The notes beneath the pieces are model-generated. The model did no database searches, was not told where the DNA came from, and saw nothing but the letters and a program-made list of their open reading frames with translations. 64,000 nucleotides of DNA from Octopus bimaculoides (lineage: Eukaryota): NCBI RefSeq assembly GCF_001194135.2, contig NC_068987.1, positions 106,128,499-106,192,498 of the forward strand, read 5' to 3'. The number at the start of each line of letters is the position of its first letter. Position 1 is the first letter of the stretch. The translations under genes were made by a program, and so were the position numbers. This document shows positions 41,142 through 53,814 of the stretch, in pieces.

Positions 41142-41704
41142 CAGGGTGGCCGGAAGCAGGTCTACAGCTATTCAACTTTTTGGCATTCATATATCAAAAG
41201 TTTAGATCTTACTTATAAAAACATATGAAACCATTATTCTTTGCTAATTTACTTAATTTTGTCAACCCCGCTTTCCAGTTTGTAATTGTTTCGTTTTCGT
41301 TTTTTTTGTTTTTTTCACAGGTACTTTAAAGTGTGAGCCATGTCAAACAATTTAAATCAAGATCTGATACCAAAAGATTTCTTTTTGGCGGGTGTTTAAA
41401 GAACAAGTTTTATGAGAAGAATCCCAAAGCAGTAAATGAATTAAGAGATTACATTTCTGAGGCATTCACTGGAATTGATGGAGATTGGAATTTGTGCCGC
41501 ATTGTCTGACGGAGTGTTCTGAAAAGGTTTGAAGAATGTTGCAATGTTGAAGGAGGAGATTTTGTTAATCTGAGAGATTAAACATTGTTTCAGATGTGTA
41601 TAGCCAATACGGCGGTAAGATAGAATTTCAAATGTAATAAAATGTTTTAAAAGAAATTAAAAGTGCTTACGTGATAACCGTAAACCTACTTTTGGTCCAT
41701 CCTG
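41142..41704 (+). mobile_element. Internally deleted Tc1/mariner (Tc3-like) element with ~26-bp imperfect TIRs
   Basis: Left CAGGGTGGCCGGAAGCAGGTCTACAG vs rc of right end CAGGATGGACCAAAAGTAGGTTTACGG; TA after the right end. Internal DLIPKDFF..GCLKNKFYEKNPKAVNELRDYISEAF...RFEECCNVEGGDF. Confidence 0.85.
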
Positions 41705-42093
41705 TATATATATATANNNNNNNNNNNNNNNNNNNNNNNNNNNNNNNNNNNNNNNNNNNNNNNNNNNNNNNNNNNNNNNNNNNNNNNNNNNNNNNNNNNN
41801 NNNNNNNNNNNNNNNNNNNNNNNNNNNNNNNNNNNNNNNNNNNNNNNNNNNNNNNNNNNNNNNNNNNNNNNNNNNNNNNNNNNNNNNNNNNNNNNNNNNN
41901 NNNNNNNNNNNNNNNNNNNNNNNNNNNNNNNNNNNNNNNNNNNNNNNNNNNNNNNNNNNNNNNNNNNNNNNNNNNNNNNNNNNNNNNNNNNNNNNNNNNN
42001 NNNNNNNNNNNNNNNNNNNNNNNNNNNNNNNNNNNNNNNNNNNNNNNNNNNNNNNNNNNNNNNNNNNNNNNNNNNNNNNNNNNNNNNNNNNNG

Positions 42094-42420
42094 GAGAGCT
42101 AAGAAAGGGGGAGATAACAAACGGTGATCGGGAACGAGGGGCTGTGTGTGGGAGGTAGAATGCTGGTGATCTTGACGTATGTAGTGTGAAAATGGGGAAG
42201 GGAGAAAGGGAGAAAGTAGTTGGTCAGTTGTAGTGTGTGCGTGGTGTGTTGCGAGGGTATTGAGGTGGTGTGATGTGAGGGTGTTGGGAGGTGGGGAACG
42301 CATGGGTGGAGTGTGGGTTAGGCTGAGGGTGGGGTAGAGGTAGGGGTAGAGGTAGGGGTCTGTGGGTAGGGTGGGGTATGTGGGTAGTGGTGGGTGGTGG
42401 GTGTAAGGAATTGGATGGGG
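42094..42420 (-). repeat. G/T-rich (C-rich on minus) low-complexity segment between gaps, possibly the 3' UTR of the adjacent PLE
   Basis: Strong strand skew (GGGT/GGGG tracts); lies 3' of the minus-strand GIY-YIG frame across an 882-nt gap. Confidence 0.4.
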
Positions 42421-43302
42421 NNNNNNNNNNNNNNNNNNNNNNNNNNNNNNNNNNNNNNNNNNNNNNNNNNNNNNNNNNNNNNNNNNNNNNNNNNNNNNNN
42501 NNNNNNNNNNNNNNNNNNNNNNNNNNNNNNNNNNNNNNNNNNNNNNNNNNNNNNNNNNNNNNNNNNNNNNNNNNNNNNNNNNNNNNNNNNNNNNNNNNNN
42601 NNNNNNNNNNNNNNNNNNNNNNNNNNNNNNNNNNNNNNNNNNNNNNNNNNNNNNNNNNNNNNNNNNNNNNNNNNNNNNNNNNNNNNNNNNNNNNNNNNNN
42701 NNNNNNNNNNNNNNNNNNNNNNNNNNNNNNNNNNNNNNNNNNNNNNNNNNNNNNNNNNNNNNNNNNNNNNNNNNNNNNNNNNNNNNNNNNNNNNNNNNNN
42801 NNNNNNNNNNNNNNNNNNNNNNNNNNNNNNNNNNNNNNNNNNNNNNNNNNNNNNNNNNNNNNNNNNNNNNNNNNNNNNNNNNNNNNNNNNNNNNNNNNNN
42901 NNNNNNNNNNNNNNNNNNNNNNNNNNNNNNNNNNNNNNNNNNNNNNNNNNNNNNNNNNNNNNNNNNNNNNNNNNNNNNNNNNNNNNNNNNNNNNNNNNNN
43001 NNNNNNNNNNNNNNNNNNNNNNNNNNNNNNNNNNNNNNNNNNNNNNNNNNNNNNNNNNNNNNNNNNNNNNNNNNNNNNNNNNNNNNNNNNNNNNNNNNNN
43101 NNNNNNNNNNNNNNNNNNNNNNNNNNNNNNNNNNNNNNNNNNNNNNNNNNNNNNNNNNNNNNNNNNNNNNNNNNNNNNNNNNNNNNNNNNNNNNNNNNNN
43201 NNNNNNNNNNNNNNNNNNNNNNNNNNNNNNNNNNNNNNNNNNNNNNNNNNNNNNNNNNNNNNNNNNNNNNNNNNNNNNNNNNNNNNNNNNNNNNNNNNNN
43301 NN

Positions 43303-43587
43303 CTGTTCACGGCGCAAACGGGAGTCCGGATGGCCCCTGTGCATGGACAATCCAAACACAGACAGGTGTTGCCGCAAGGAGTGGCCGGCAGAACGGAAGT
43401 GGCGTGACACCGGGGTGTCATTGCCGACGTTGATGTCTCGGAGGTGTTCCGCGAATCGGTCGGCCAGGCGGCGCCCCGTTTGTCCGATGTACAGAGATTG
43501 GCAGAGAGAGCAGGAGAGGCAATATATGATGTTGGTAGACGTGCAGGTGAAGGAGTCGGTGATGCGATAGGGTCGGTGATGGGTGCT
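43303..43587 (-). mobile_element. PLE GIY-YIG endonuclease domain, uninterrupted frame, truncated by the gap
   Basis: STHHRPYRITDSFTCTSTNIIYCLSCSLCQSLYIGQTGRRLADRFAEHLRDINVGNDTPVSRHFRSAGHSLRQHLSVFGLSMHRGHPDSRLRREQ. Shows IIYC..CxxC..YIGQT.R.L..RF.EH. GC- and CpG-rich relative to the flanks. Confidence 0.92.
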
Positions 43588-43999
43588 ACGTACACATATA
43601 CGGAGAGAGGTGGGGAAAGAGGGAGAGATAGAGTGAGAGAGTTTGAGAGAGAGATTGTTAACTCAAAGAAAGAATAACTTCACTTAAACAAAGAACAGAA
43701 CAGAAATACACTCGTTTACGGTCGTAGAAAGCAGAACATTTTGAAATCTTTGTGTAAACTGGGAGAGAAACTGTAATGAACCATCACTAGGTTCAATTTC
43801 AAGGCAAATATTCACAAAGCGAAAACTGAAGAAACGAATGTCAGTAAACTTTAAAAGTACATTATTTCTCATTGTTTTAATTGATTTTTTAAGAATAATG
43901 TTTATTTCTCATTTTGTTCATAAATTTAAGCAAACACATTATTTTATGGAAATTGGTGCTTTCTAATAGCATTAATAGCCAAAACAAAGATTGAGACTG

Positions 44000-44430
44000 A
44001 GTAGTTGGCGTTGACGGCGCTTATGTAATGGCAGTAATGCAACTGATGATGACAATGCTGGTAGTGTCAATGGTGGTGTTACCTCTGGTGCTGTTCTTGT
44101 TGGTAGTGTTGTTTATGACTTTCGTGGTAAGTTTTGACGGTGGAGGGTGGGGGTGACCATGCCAGCTGCGGTTTGTAATGGTGCTTCTGGTAGCACTTAT
44201 GTTTATAGTAGTTGTGGTGGTAGTGCTAGTGGTGATGGTTACGGAGTCGGTGGCAGTGGTTGTGGTGGAGTAGTTAATCGTTATGATGTCAATGCTGTAA
44301 GAGCTGGAGATTTGTTGGTTGTGTTGATGTTGTCGATGGTTGTGCTTAAGGTGCTTGTTATGATTTCGGTGGTGCCGTTGGCGTTTCTACTGGTAGAATT
44401 GGCACTGGGGTTGGGAAATCAAAAATGTCT
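44000..44430. repeat. Degenerate (GGT/GTT/GAT)n low-complexity tract
   Basis: Triplet-periodic G/T-rich sequence. Confidence 0.7.
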
Positions 44431-44566
44431 GTGATTCTATTAAATTTTACATTTAATTTATTTTCTGTATCACTGGGGAATCACTCTTGTAGAAAGAAGA
44501 GACAGAAAGACATTCAGAGTGAGTGAGAGCGGGTGTGAGAGACACACCTTCACTGAGAGAGTTCGT

Positions 44567-44614
<48 letters not shown>

Positions 44615-44624
44615 NNNNNNNNNN

Positions 44625-44667
<43 letters not shown>

Positions 44668-45473
44668 TGTATGAATGTGTTTCTGTTTGTGTGTGTGTGT
44701 ATATGTATGTACGCGTATTTGGTTGAAATGATAGATAAAAGGGTGAAAATAAAGAAAAGAAGTATATAATAATAAAGAGGAGAAAGACATAGAGAAATCT
44801 GAAAAACATGGGGTTGAGCAAAGTAATAAAGAGAAATTTGACAAAGAAAAAGAAGGAAAAGATGGGCGATTACAAGCAAAAATAATAAAAAAGGTGAGGA
44901 ATACAGAAAGAGAAACAAAGAGAAGAGAAAGGAGAGAAGAGCAAAGAAGATGAACACAGAGAATAAAAAGAGAATAAAAAATAGACCACTGAAAGCACAG
45001 AGAATCAGAGAGGAAGGAGAATTAGAAAGACCAAAAAGCATTGGAACTGCGTAGTTCGAAGAAGAGTAAATAAATAATAAACTTAAAAAGAAGCGTAAAT
45101 AAAAATGTCTGAATTACAAATACAGACGCCATCTTTCTTCTTCATTTTATTCATATTTTTTTTTATATCTATAGTTTATTGAAAATCTTTTATTTTATAT
45201 AATAATGTTTTCTTTTTTAGTGAAATATTTAACTATATCTATTAAACTCTGAAATTTGGCAAGTTATAACTCAAGGGATAAAATAATACGAAATTCAGCT
45301 GATTGAAAACCCTCCTTCGGTTTTCAATAGCCAATAGTATTTTATAAAATGAAATTGATTTTACATTTGCTGCTGCAGGAAATTCATTCATGATAATAAA
45401 ACAAAACAATATTAATAAAACAAAAAATCAAAAAATCGATACTAAAGTAAATTAGAAGAAAATAAATGTATCA

Positions 45474-45506
<33 letters not shown>

Positions 45507-46229
45507 CGNNNNNNNNNNNNNNNNNNNNNNNNNNNNNNNNNNNNNNNNNNNNNNNNNNNNNNNNNNNNNNNNNNNNNNNNNNNNNNNNNNNNNNNNNNNN
45601 NNNNNNNNNNNNNNNNNNNNNNNNNNNNNNNNNNNNNNNNNNNNNNNNNNNNNNNNNNNNNNNNNNNNNNNNNNNNNNNNNNNNNNNNNNNNNNNNNNNN
45701 NNNNNNNNNNNNNNNNNNNNNNNNNNNNNNNNNNNNNNNNNNNNNNNNNNNNNNNNNNNNNNNNNNNNNNNNNNNNNNNNNTACATACATGTATATATAT
45801 ATATATTTATATTTGTTATGTGTATCGATATATATATATGCACATACTTATATGTATGTATAATTGAATACATTGAAAAATCTATATCGTCTCCTTGCTT
45901 ACAATATGGTCGTTTTCCAACATAAGCGTCCTTACAGAAAATGTTTTCACGCAGTACGATATTTGAACAATGCAACACAATTTCACTTAGTTCATTAACA
46001 CTATTCGAAATCTTTTCAATCACCTGGTGATTTCAGATCAATTAAGACTAATTTCAATACCTGTACAAATGAGTTAATGTTCATATCGTTCTTTTACATG
46101 CATTAAAAATTGAATATTAACTATTTCGTTGTTAAATGAAAGCATTTGGACTCCATTCACAAAACATATTAAATGGAAAGAAAAGAGTACTGTATACTCA
46201 TGTACATATAAGCATGCATACATACATAC

Positions 46230-46281
<52 letters not shown>

Positions 46282-46675
46282 GAATTATTTGTGTGAATAT
46301 ATATCTGTACATATATCTCTGTGTATATATCTTTATCTAATTCTGTATCTAACTGTACGTGTGTATGAGTGTGTCTTTGTGAAAAATCAAGTTCGCTGTA
46401 AACAAGTGAGAGATCTTATTTATAACTTTGAACAGGCAAATCAAGCTGTTGACAACGTTGGGAATTACGTTCTTCTGAACATCATAGTATTTCACTTATG
46501 AAAGTTTCGCTTCCGTCGCTATCAATACATAAGATTTCAACTTCTCTTGAGTGCGGAACTTTAATCCTGAATGCAGTGCTTTTTATATTCCATCGCTATA
46601 TGAGCACGAAGAACAATGGTGTCTTTGGTTTCATATTTACAATGGAGAGATCATTGGCTCACTGAAATCTGACTG

Positions 46676-46725
<50 letters not shown>

Positions 46726-46957
46726 AAGACAGACTGTGACAGAGACAGAGAGAAATAGTGAACGATAACTGAATATCTACCTCAATGTAGAACATATCGA
46801 ACGGTACTTAATGCGTAATATAATATTTGATTAAGTTTCCACTATCAGCAGAAAAGAATACTTTTAGAATGCATGATATAATATACCCCAATCAAAACGC
46901 TCTGTGAGTAAAAGTAAATTTAACCCCCAAAATTTCGAAAGAATATAAATTGATAAC

Positions 46958-47476
46958 AAATTTTGGCACAAGGCCAGCAATTTCGGGAGGGAGAGGAAGA
47001 AGTCGATGACATCGATTCTAAAGTTCAACTGTCACTGATTTCGGAACTAATATTATTAATTTAAAATTCTGGTATAAGACCAGCAATTTCAGAGGACGTG
47101 GCAAGTCGGTTACATCGACTCCAGTCTTTACCAGGAACTTTTTCCATCGATTCCGGTGTGATGAAAAGCAAAGTCAATTTCGGTGGGATTTAAATTCAGA
47201 ACGTAAAGACGGACGAAAAGCTGCTGAGCATTTTGCCTGGCGTTCCAGCAATTCCGCAACCTCACAGCCTTCATTCTAGTACTTAGTATTGGTTTCAAAT
47301 TTTGGCAAAAGGCCAACAATGTCGGGGAGAGATGTAAGACGATTATATCAACTTCAGTGTTCAAATGTTCCTTATTTTATCAACCTCGGTGGTATCTGAA
47401 CTCAGAAGTAAAGACGGAGTAAATGCCGTAAAGCGTTTTGTCCGGCGTGCTAACGATGCTGCAAGCTCGCCACCTT
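46958..47476 (-). mobile_element. Tandem cluster of three SINE family B copies
   Basis: Repeated AAATTTTGGCA.AAGGCCA.CAAT tails at ~46958, ~47062 and ~47297; heads at ~47270 and 47476. Confidence 0.8.
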
Positions 47477-47929
47477 ATTTTGATACTTAATATTCACAGT
47501 TTTCAAACGAAGCTCACCGGTTAATGAACGCCATTTAACAATATACTAACGAGGTAACGAGGATTAACATGGTTGCTCGAATTGCTTGTAATAGCTGCTA
47601 CGTTACATTAAATTCTTTGGTTACCAGCTTAAAAGTGGGAGAAAAACTTTGGACGACATAATGCGAATCATACTGTCGGAAATATGAAAAAAAGTGAATC
47701 ATAGTGGCTGGAATATAATTCGCCATAGCTATAATTAATTCTGAGAAAACCCCCAAAAACTTTATTAGTAGCAACAGTTACAAAAGTCGCAATAGCAAAA
47801 AAAGAATAACAATGAAAACAACAACATTTCACTGGCAACCTGGAAAGTTTTCTATCTGTTTCTTCTCTCAAACCTATCACGAGATTTAAGTGGTTATTAG
47901 TGCACAACCTACTGGAACTAGTAGCAATT

Positions 47930-47982
<53 letters not shown>

Positions 47983-49171
47983 AAATCGTAGACTATCATC
48001 TCTAAAAGAGAACGATATTTCGGATTATCTTGGATAATTAAGACAGTATAATCAAGGACAGAATATGTCCATCATGATTTAAAATTTGCAAATGGTCAGG
48101 GCTGAACAACAGCTCTCCATGTAGATCGCCCATTCTTCCAGTCGATCTATAAATCTGTACCTTCTGATTATGTCTTAATCATATCGTCCCTTTTTTATTT
48201 CCTTCTGTATTATTCAAATCTACACCTTACAAACTTTAAATTCTTAGTAGTCTCTGCAGCCGACCCCAAACTTAATCACGACCTAATCATTCTGCACACT
48301 AGTTATTCTACACTCAAATGTTAATAAAACTATGTCGGTTTCTCTCAGCAGAAATAAGCTTTCTTTAATGAACACATACTGAGAAAATAGAGATCATTGG
48401 ACTTGCTAGAATTAATAGTTATATCATTGTCACTACATTCTCCAGTCGTAAAACAATGAGGAATATATGGCTAAATATTCTAGATGTACAATGTATGAAA
48501 TCAAAACTGGAATGTTCTCTTCATTATATGCGCAGCATTGGGATTGACCATCAGATAAACAACAGTAAGCTAATGACTGTGCCCGTATATAGTCCTTGGA
48601 GATGCTAGAAACACTAGTCAAATCACTCTCAAACCACACCCAGCTATCACAAAAAGTGATGAATACACTAGATGTAGGCCTGAGTTATTGACTATTCTTT
48701 ATAAAGTTATAGCTGATTCGAGATTAAATGACAATCTCAGTAGCAGCAGCTCCCACAAGAAGAAGGAAAGCAAATTTCTATCTTCATCCATCTTCAACAA
48801 ATCATCGACTTTAAATATCTATTCTAAATTTACTACCTAGAAATAACAAATAATGTCAAAACAAGGCGACAAAATGTCTGACTTAATATCACAGTTTTAT
48901 CGCAAAAAATAACAAATTCTGCCCAGCTAATTACAACAGCGTAACAAAAGTCTTATTGATATACAGGAGTATATTCACAAAATGAACCAGCCAGAAATTT
49001 ACAATATGTCATTTTATGGCTCTGAAAACAAACGAAAATTCCGTTAAATTCAAAACAGTTCTCGTTTGTATACTTCCTTTGACTAATCCTGCGCGAAACT
49101 TGTACTGAAGGAAAAGTGACTTACTTTAATCATAATTTGCTTGTGTGTGTTTATATGTATTGTGAATATTG

Positions 49172-49226
<55 letters not shown>

Positions 49227-49487
49227 AGAATTATCGGGTGTAGAGTAAGGGAACAAAAAAAAAAGAAAAAATAAGTTGGCAACTAGAAATTACGAGCGTT
49301 TAAAAAAAAATGTGATGACCACACACCTCATGCGACTAACGAAGAAGTAAATGCTTCGAATGACACAATGCAAAATGTCAAACCAAAAAGAGACCAGAAA
49401 TTCTATTGTTCAAAAGTTACGATTAAGATGTTAAATGGCGTGCAAAATAAAAAGGGTTAACATATGAAATTATGACACACACATAAT

Positions 49488-49725
49488 GGGGTCCCTGAAA
49501 TTATGAAAACCACCTTAAAGGAGTGCTGAAATGTCATCTTACCTGGAGTAGGTTTCAATGGCCTTGAATATACAAACGTAAAAAATAAATGAGCAAAAAT
49601 GTTCTAAATTCAGATGCAATTAATATCGGCATTTTAAAATGAGATGAATGTTTGTATGAATAATTTTACGAAGTAATTGCGGGTTGTTTGCGAAATAGGA
49701 ATTAAATGAATATTTAGTTGACATG
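49488..49725. repeat. Unclassified interspersed repeat, homologous to 52059-52285
   Basis: Shared GGG.TCCCTGAAATTA.GA.AAC and AGATGAATGTTTGT...TTGTTTGCG.AA...TTAG.TGACATG blocks. Confidence 0.55.
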
Positions 49726-50298
49726 CTCACCATAATTCTAAATTACGAAAGCTATATTGATGCTGATGAATGAGACTCACAGAATATTACTAAAATTGTT
49801 AGAGATGAGCGACACATGTGAAGCTTGAGAGCTCATTTCTTTAAGAACGTTGGGAACATGGAACAGGAAATCAGTTTGAAAACAGATAAGGCGCTCTAAA
49901 TTTGAATATATCTACAGAAAACGCATGGTACTCTAACACATAAAAGAAACAAAAAATAGCAGTGATAGCACTGGTGATTCTGAATTTAAGAAGAAAACTT
50001 CTGTTGTGGTAGCACAATGATGAGCTTTAATTCTGAGCGAAAGTAGACTAGTATGACAATCTCGCATGCTGTAGGGCTGTTATCTTCCCTGTCAGTGCAT
50101 AGGCATGTGTTTTTTGCTGCTAAGGGATTTTAACACATGTTTCTACCAATGTAGGTGCTACTCTGCACCGTCTGTCACAATTAGTAAGAAGTAAATATAT
50201 ATNNNNNNNNNNNNNNNNNNNNNNNNNNNNNNNNNNNNNNNNNNNNNNNNNNNNNNNNNNNNNNNNNNNNNNNNNNNNNNNNNNNNNNNNNNNNNNNN

Positions 50299-50334
<36 letters not shown>

Positions 50335-50608
50335 CGTGTGAGAATGGGTGTGTATGTGAGTATGCATATATATATGTGCGTATGTGTATATATATATATG
50401 TATGTAAATATATTTCTATATATGTATCGGTCAGTTGTTCATAAGTTCAAAAAGGAAAAAAACATACACTGATAATCTTTATGAGTAGTGGTAATGTAAT
50501 TTTTGAGTAGTGGTAATGCAATTTTTTAAGCTCGCACAATCAGTTTTTTGGTATTGAAAAATGATAACAGCTTTATGCCATCAGTTTTTCTTTCTTTCAT
50601 CCTGACAG

Positions 50609-50692
50609 AAGTACATTTTGTAAAGCACAAGTTGTTTCCTGTCACAGTGACCGAAGCTGATTCAACTTCAGAAAGAGTACTCGTGGCTATAG
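50609..50692 (+). CDS. Candidate internal exon of an unidentified host gene (phase 1-1, 84 nt)
   Basis: Polypyrimidine acceptor tttttctttctttcatcctgacAG; open frame (E)VHFVKHKLFPVTVTEADSTSERVLVAI(G); donor AG|gtatct; second in-frame acceptor at 50647/50648. No homology recognised. Confidence 0.25.
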
Positions 50693-50835
50693 GTATCTGT
50701 GGAATACACGGAAGTTAATTTCCCTTCAGTTGATCTTCCGAATAGGAATTCGATCTAACAATTTAATGCGCATTGTCGAAAGCTACACACACGTTTGACG
50801 TTAGTATGTCTACCTCAAAAACATAGGTTTTAACA

Positions 50836-50883
<48 letters not shown>

Positions 50884-50984
50884 GGTACGCACGAGCGTAT
50901 GCGTAAGTTCCAGTGCGCAAAGGAAATAACTTATAAAAGAAGATATGTATATATATGTGTATGAATATAAATATATATATATCT

Positions 50985-51017
<33 letters not shown>

Positions 51018-52058
51018 TNNNNNNNNNNNNNNNNNNNNNNNNNNNNNNNNNNNNNNNNNNNNNNNNNNNNNNNNNNNNNNNNNNNNNNNNNNNNNNNNNN
51101 NNNNNNNNNNNNNNNNNNNNNNNNNNNNNNNNNNNNNNNNNNNNNNNNNNNNNNNNNNNNNNNNNNNNNNNNNNNNNNNNNNNNNNNNNNNNNNNNNNNN
51201 NNNNNNNNNNNNNNNNNNNNNNNNNNNNNNNNNNNNNNNNNNNNNNNNNNNNNNNNNNNNNNNNNNNNNNNNNNNNNNNNNNNNNNNNNNNNNNNNNNNN
51301 NNNNNNNNNNNNNNNNNNNNNNNNNNNNNNNNNNNNNNNNNNNNNNNNNNNNNNNNNNNNNNNNNNNNNNNNNNNNNNNNNNNNNNNNNNNNNNNNNNNN
51401 NNNNNNNNNNNNNNNNNNNNNNNNNNNNNNNNNNNNNNNNNNNNNNNNNNNNNNNNNNNNNNNNNNNNNNNNNNNNNNNNNNNNNNNNNNNNNNNNNNNN
51501 NNNNNNNNNNNNNNNNNNNNNNNNNNNNNNNNNNNNNNNNNNNNNNNNNNNNNNNNNNNNNNNNNNNNNNNNNNNNNNNNNNNNNNNNNNNNNNNNNNNN
51601 NNNNNNNNNNNNNNNNNNNNNNNNNNNNNNNNNNNNNNNNNNNNNNNNNNNNNNNNNNNNNNNNNNNNNNNNNNNNNNNNNNNNNNNNNNNNNNNNNNAT
51701 ATATATATATATATATATACATACATGTATATGTATGTATAGTTAACCATATGTTTATCCGGGTACACAATGTGATTTCACTTTAGCAAGTTTATTTTCC
51801 TAATGGTAAACAGCTTTACAATAGCCACCATATCATTTTGCTGTTTCTGTGGTATTTTGTATTACTTTGATTTTAATTGCAATTCATGTCTTTCCCGATT
51901 CGATTAGACTGCATAGGATAGTAGTTCTTCCGTTATACAAATTATATTTTATTAAATACTTTCAGTGACACGGTCCTAAATGTTATGTTCGTAATTAGCA
52001 AGAAAGTCTACGTCTCCAAAGTGACCATAAAGATATTCAATCAATATCGAAATAGGAA

Positions 52059-52285
52059 GGGTTCCTGAAATTAAGACAACCAACTTTAAAATTTGTTAAA
52101 ACGCTATTTTACTTGGTGCATCACAGAAACTGCAAAGAAAAAAAAGAACTAAAACAAAAGGTAAAGCAACTCAGACGTAATTAGTATCCTGGTGTTAAAA
52201 GATGAATGTTTGTGTAAATTATTTTTCGAGGATATTGATGATTGTTTGCGGAACTGGAGTTAAATTAAGATTTAGATGACATGGC
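52059..52285. repeat. Unclassified interspersed repeat, homologous to 49488-49725
   Basis: See partner copy. Confidence 0.55.
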
Positions 52286-52474
52286 AAACATAATTCTAAA
52301 TTATGAAAACTATATTGTTGAGAGTGGAATCAGGCTTAGGGACGACTGCAAAGATGGATGTATACGAGTAACGAAAGCAAGAAACGTGAGAAGGAGATTT
52401 GTTCACTTGTTTTCCTTATTTAAAATCCGGACATTACTTACGGGAAGACCAGATATTTTAAAGTGAAAATGGAG

Positions 52475-52535
<61 letters not shown>

Positions 52536-53095
52536 AACTGGAGCATTAATTTCTTTCTAGTGATTATATTTATCAAACTCTCAATTTCTAATCGTTGTAT
52601 TAGAGGAAAGGAAGTGATCTGAAAAATAACGATATTTCTTACACTGGTTTAAGCATATAATCAAGTACATGCGTGCACACACGCGTGGACACAAGCACAC
52701 ATACGCATACACACACGCACACACGCAACATAAGCGCACACACGCACACTCACAGACATAGCTACAAAAAAGCTTCACACGTATATATGCATACGTGTAT
52801 ACATACATACACACAGACATAAACTTTTGCACATGTTTGTATTTGATAAGACGTCCTTCATAGGATACTGTGCTCAGTTTTTTTGTATGACATCTAAGTC
52901 TGTTAAAATGTGCATAACGGGAAAGTGTATATGTTAGGGACTTCAACATCGATTGTTGCCTACGTCCCAAAACAACAAATGCACAACTAATAAGATGAAA
53001 TGTTTGATGGCATAATATTTTTATAGCCTTATGTAGTCATTTCAGTATTTCGCTGAGACACGTGCAAGCTATTTACGACACAGTCATGCCTGTGC

Positions 53096-53182
<87 letters not shown>

Positions 53183-53213
53183 GTGTGTGGGTGTGTGTAT
53201 GGGTGGGTGTGCG

Positions 53214-53297
53214 GACGTAATATAGCTTGACTTTGCAAAAGCTTTTAATAAAGTTGACCATAGTACGATATGCCACAAACTGCGCGATGTTGGCAGG
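53214..53297 (+). mobile_element. CR1-like LINE RT fragment
   Basis: DVI*LDFAKAFNKVDHSTICHKLRDVG = non-LTR RT 'LDFxKAFDxVxH' motif. Confidence 0.85.
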
Positions 53298-53690
53298 ATG
53301 GAGAACACTTGGGTGCTTCTAGTTGCCTGCATGTGTGTTGTCTTCTGCAGACTATATGTTGTTAGTTCTATTAAGTTATGGTCAGAGAAAATCGTCGGCG
53401 TCACCTTCAAATTATAGATAAGCGCTGTATTCTTTGGGAAGTAGAGGTCTAGAACATTTTCCCGCCGCTTTTTCAGTGGAGTCCTATTTGCTCCATAATG
53501 AGCATATTAGTGAGGTCAAGCAGAGATTCTGCATGCCTCATGCCATGCAGTGGCATGCCTGAGACACGGCTGCCCTTAGGCCATTCGACATAAGGGGAGT
53601 TGAAATCCCCTAAAAGAATTATGTGCAGGCTGTCATCCGGGCTGTTTATTACTTCTTTCATTTCGTGGAGGCTCTCTTCAAATCAATCTC
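53298..53690 (-). mobile_element. CR1-like LINE apurinic endonuclease (APE) fragment
   Basis: HIILLGDFNSPYVEW...ENVLDLYF...TIFSDHNLIEL = GDFN, LDL and SDH motifs of APE domains. Confidence 0.85.
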
Positions 53691-53783
53691 CATTATATAT
53701 ATATATGTGTGTGTGTGTGTATGTGTGTATATAGCTATATATGTATATATACATATATGTTACATGTATATATGTATATATAT

Positions 53784-53814
<31 letters not shown>

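Noticed and set aside
44147-44434. 95-aa Gly/Ser/Val-rich ORF resembling a structural protein
   Set aside because: Explained by a decayed (GGT/GTT)n tract; no splice or homology support.
49760-49800. CTGATGA as an intact hammerhead core (also checked CTGANGA hits near 6460, 26270, 35450, 36665, 44041)
   Set aside because: None is followed by stem II plus GAAA and stem III.
49960-50040. C/D-box snoRNA (ATGATGA...CTGA)
   Set aside because: Only 9 nt between the boxes, no convincing upstream C box or terminal stem, and no recognisable rRNA guide.
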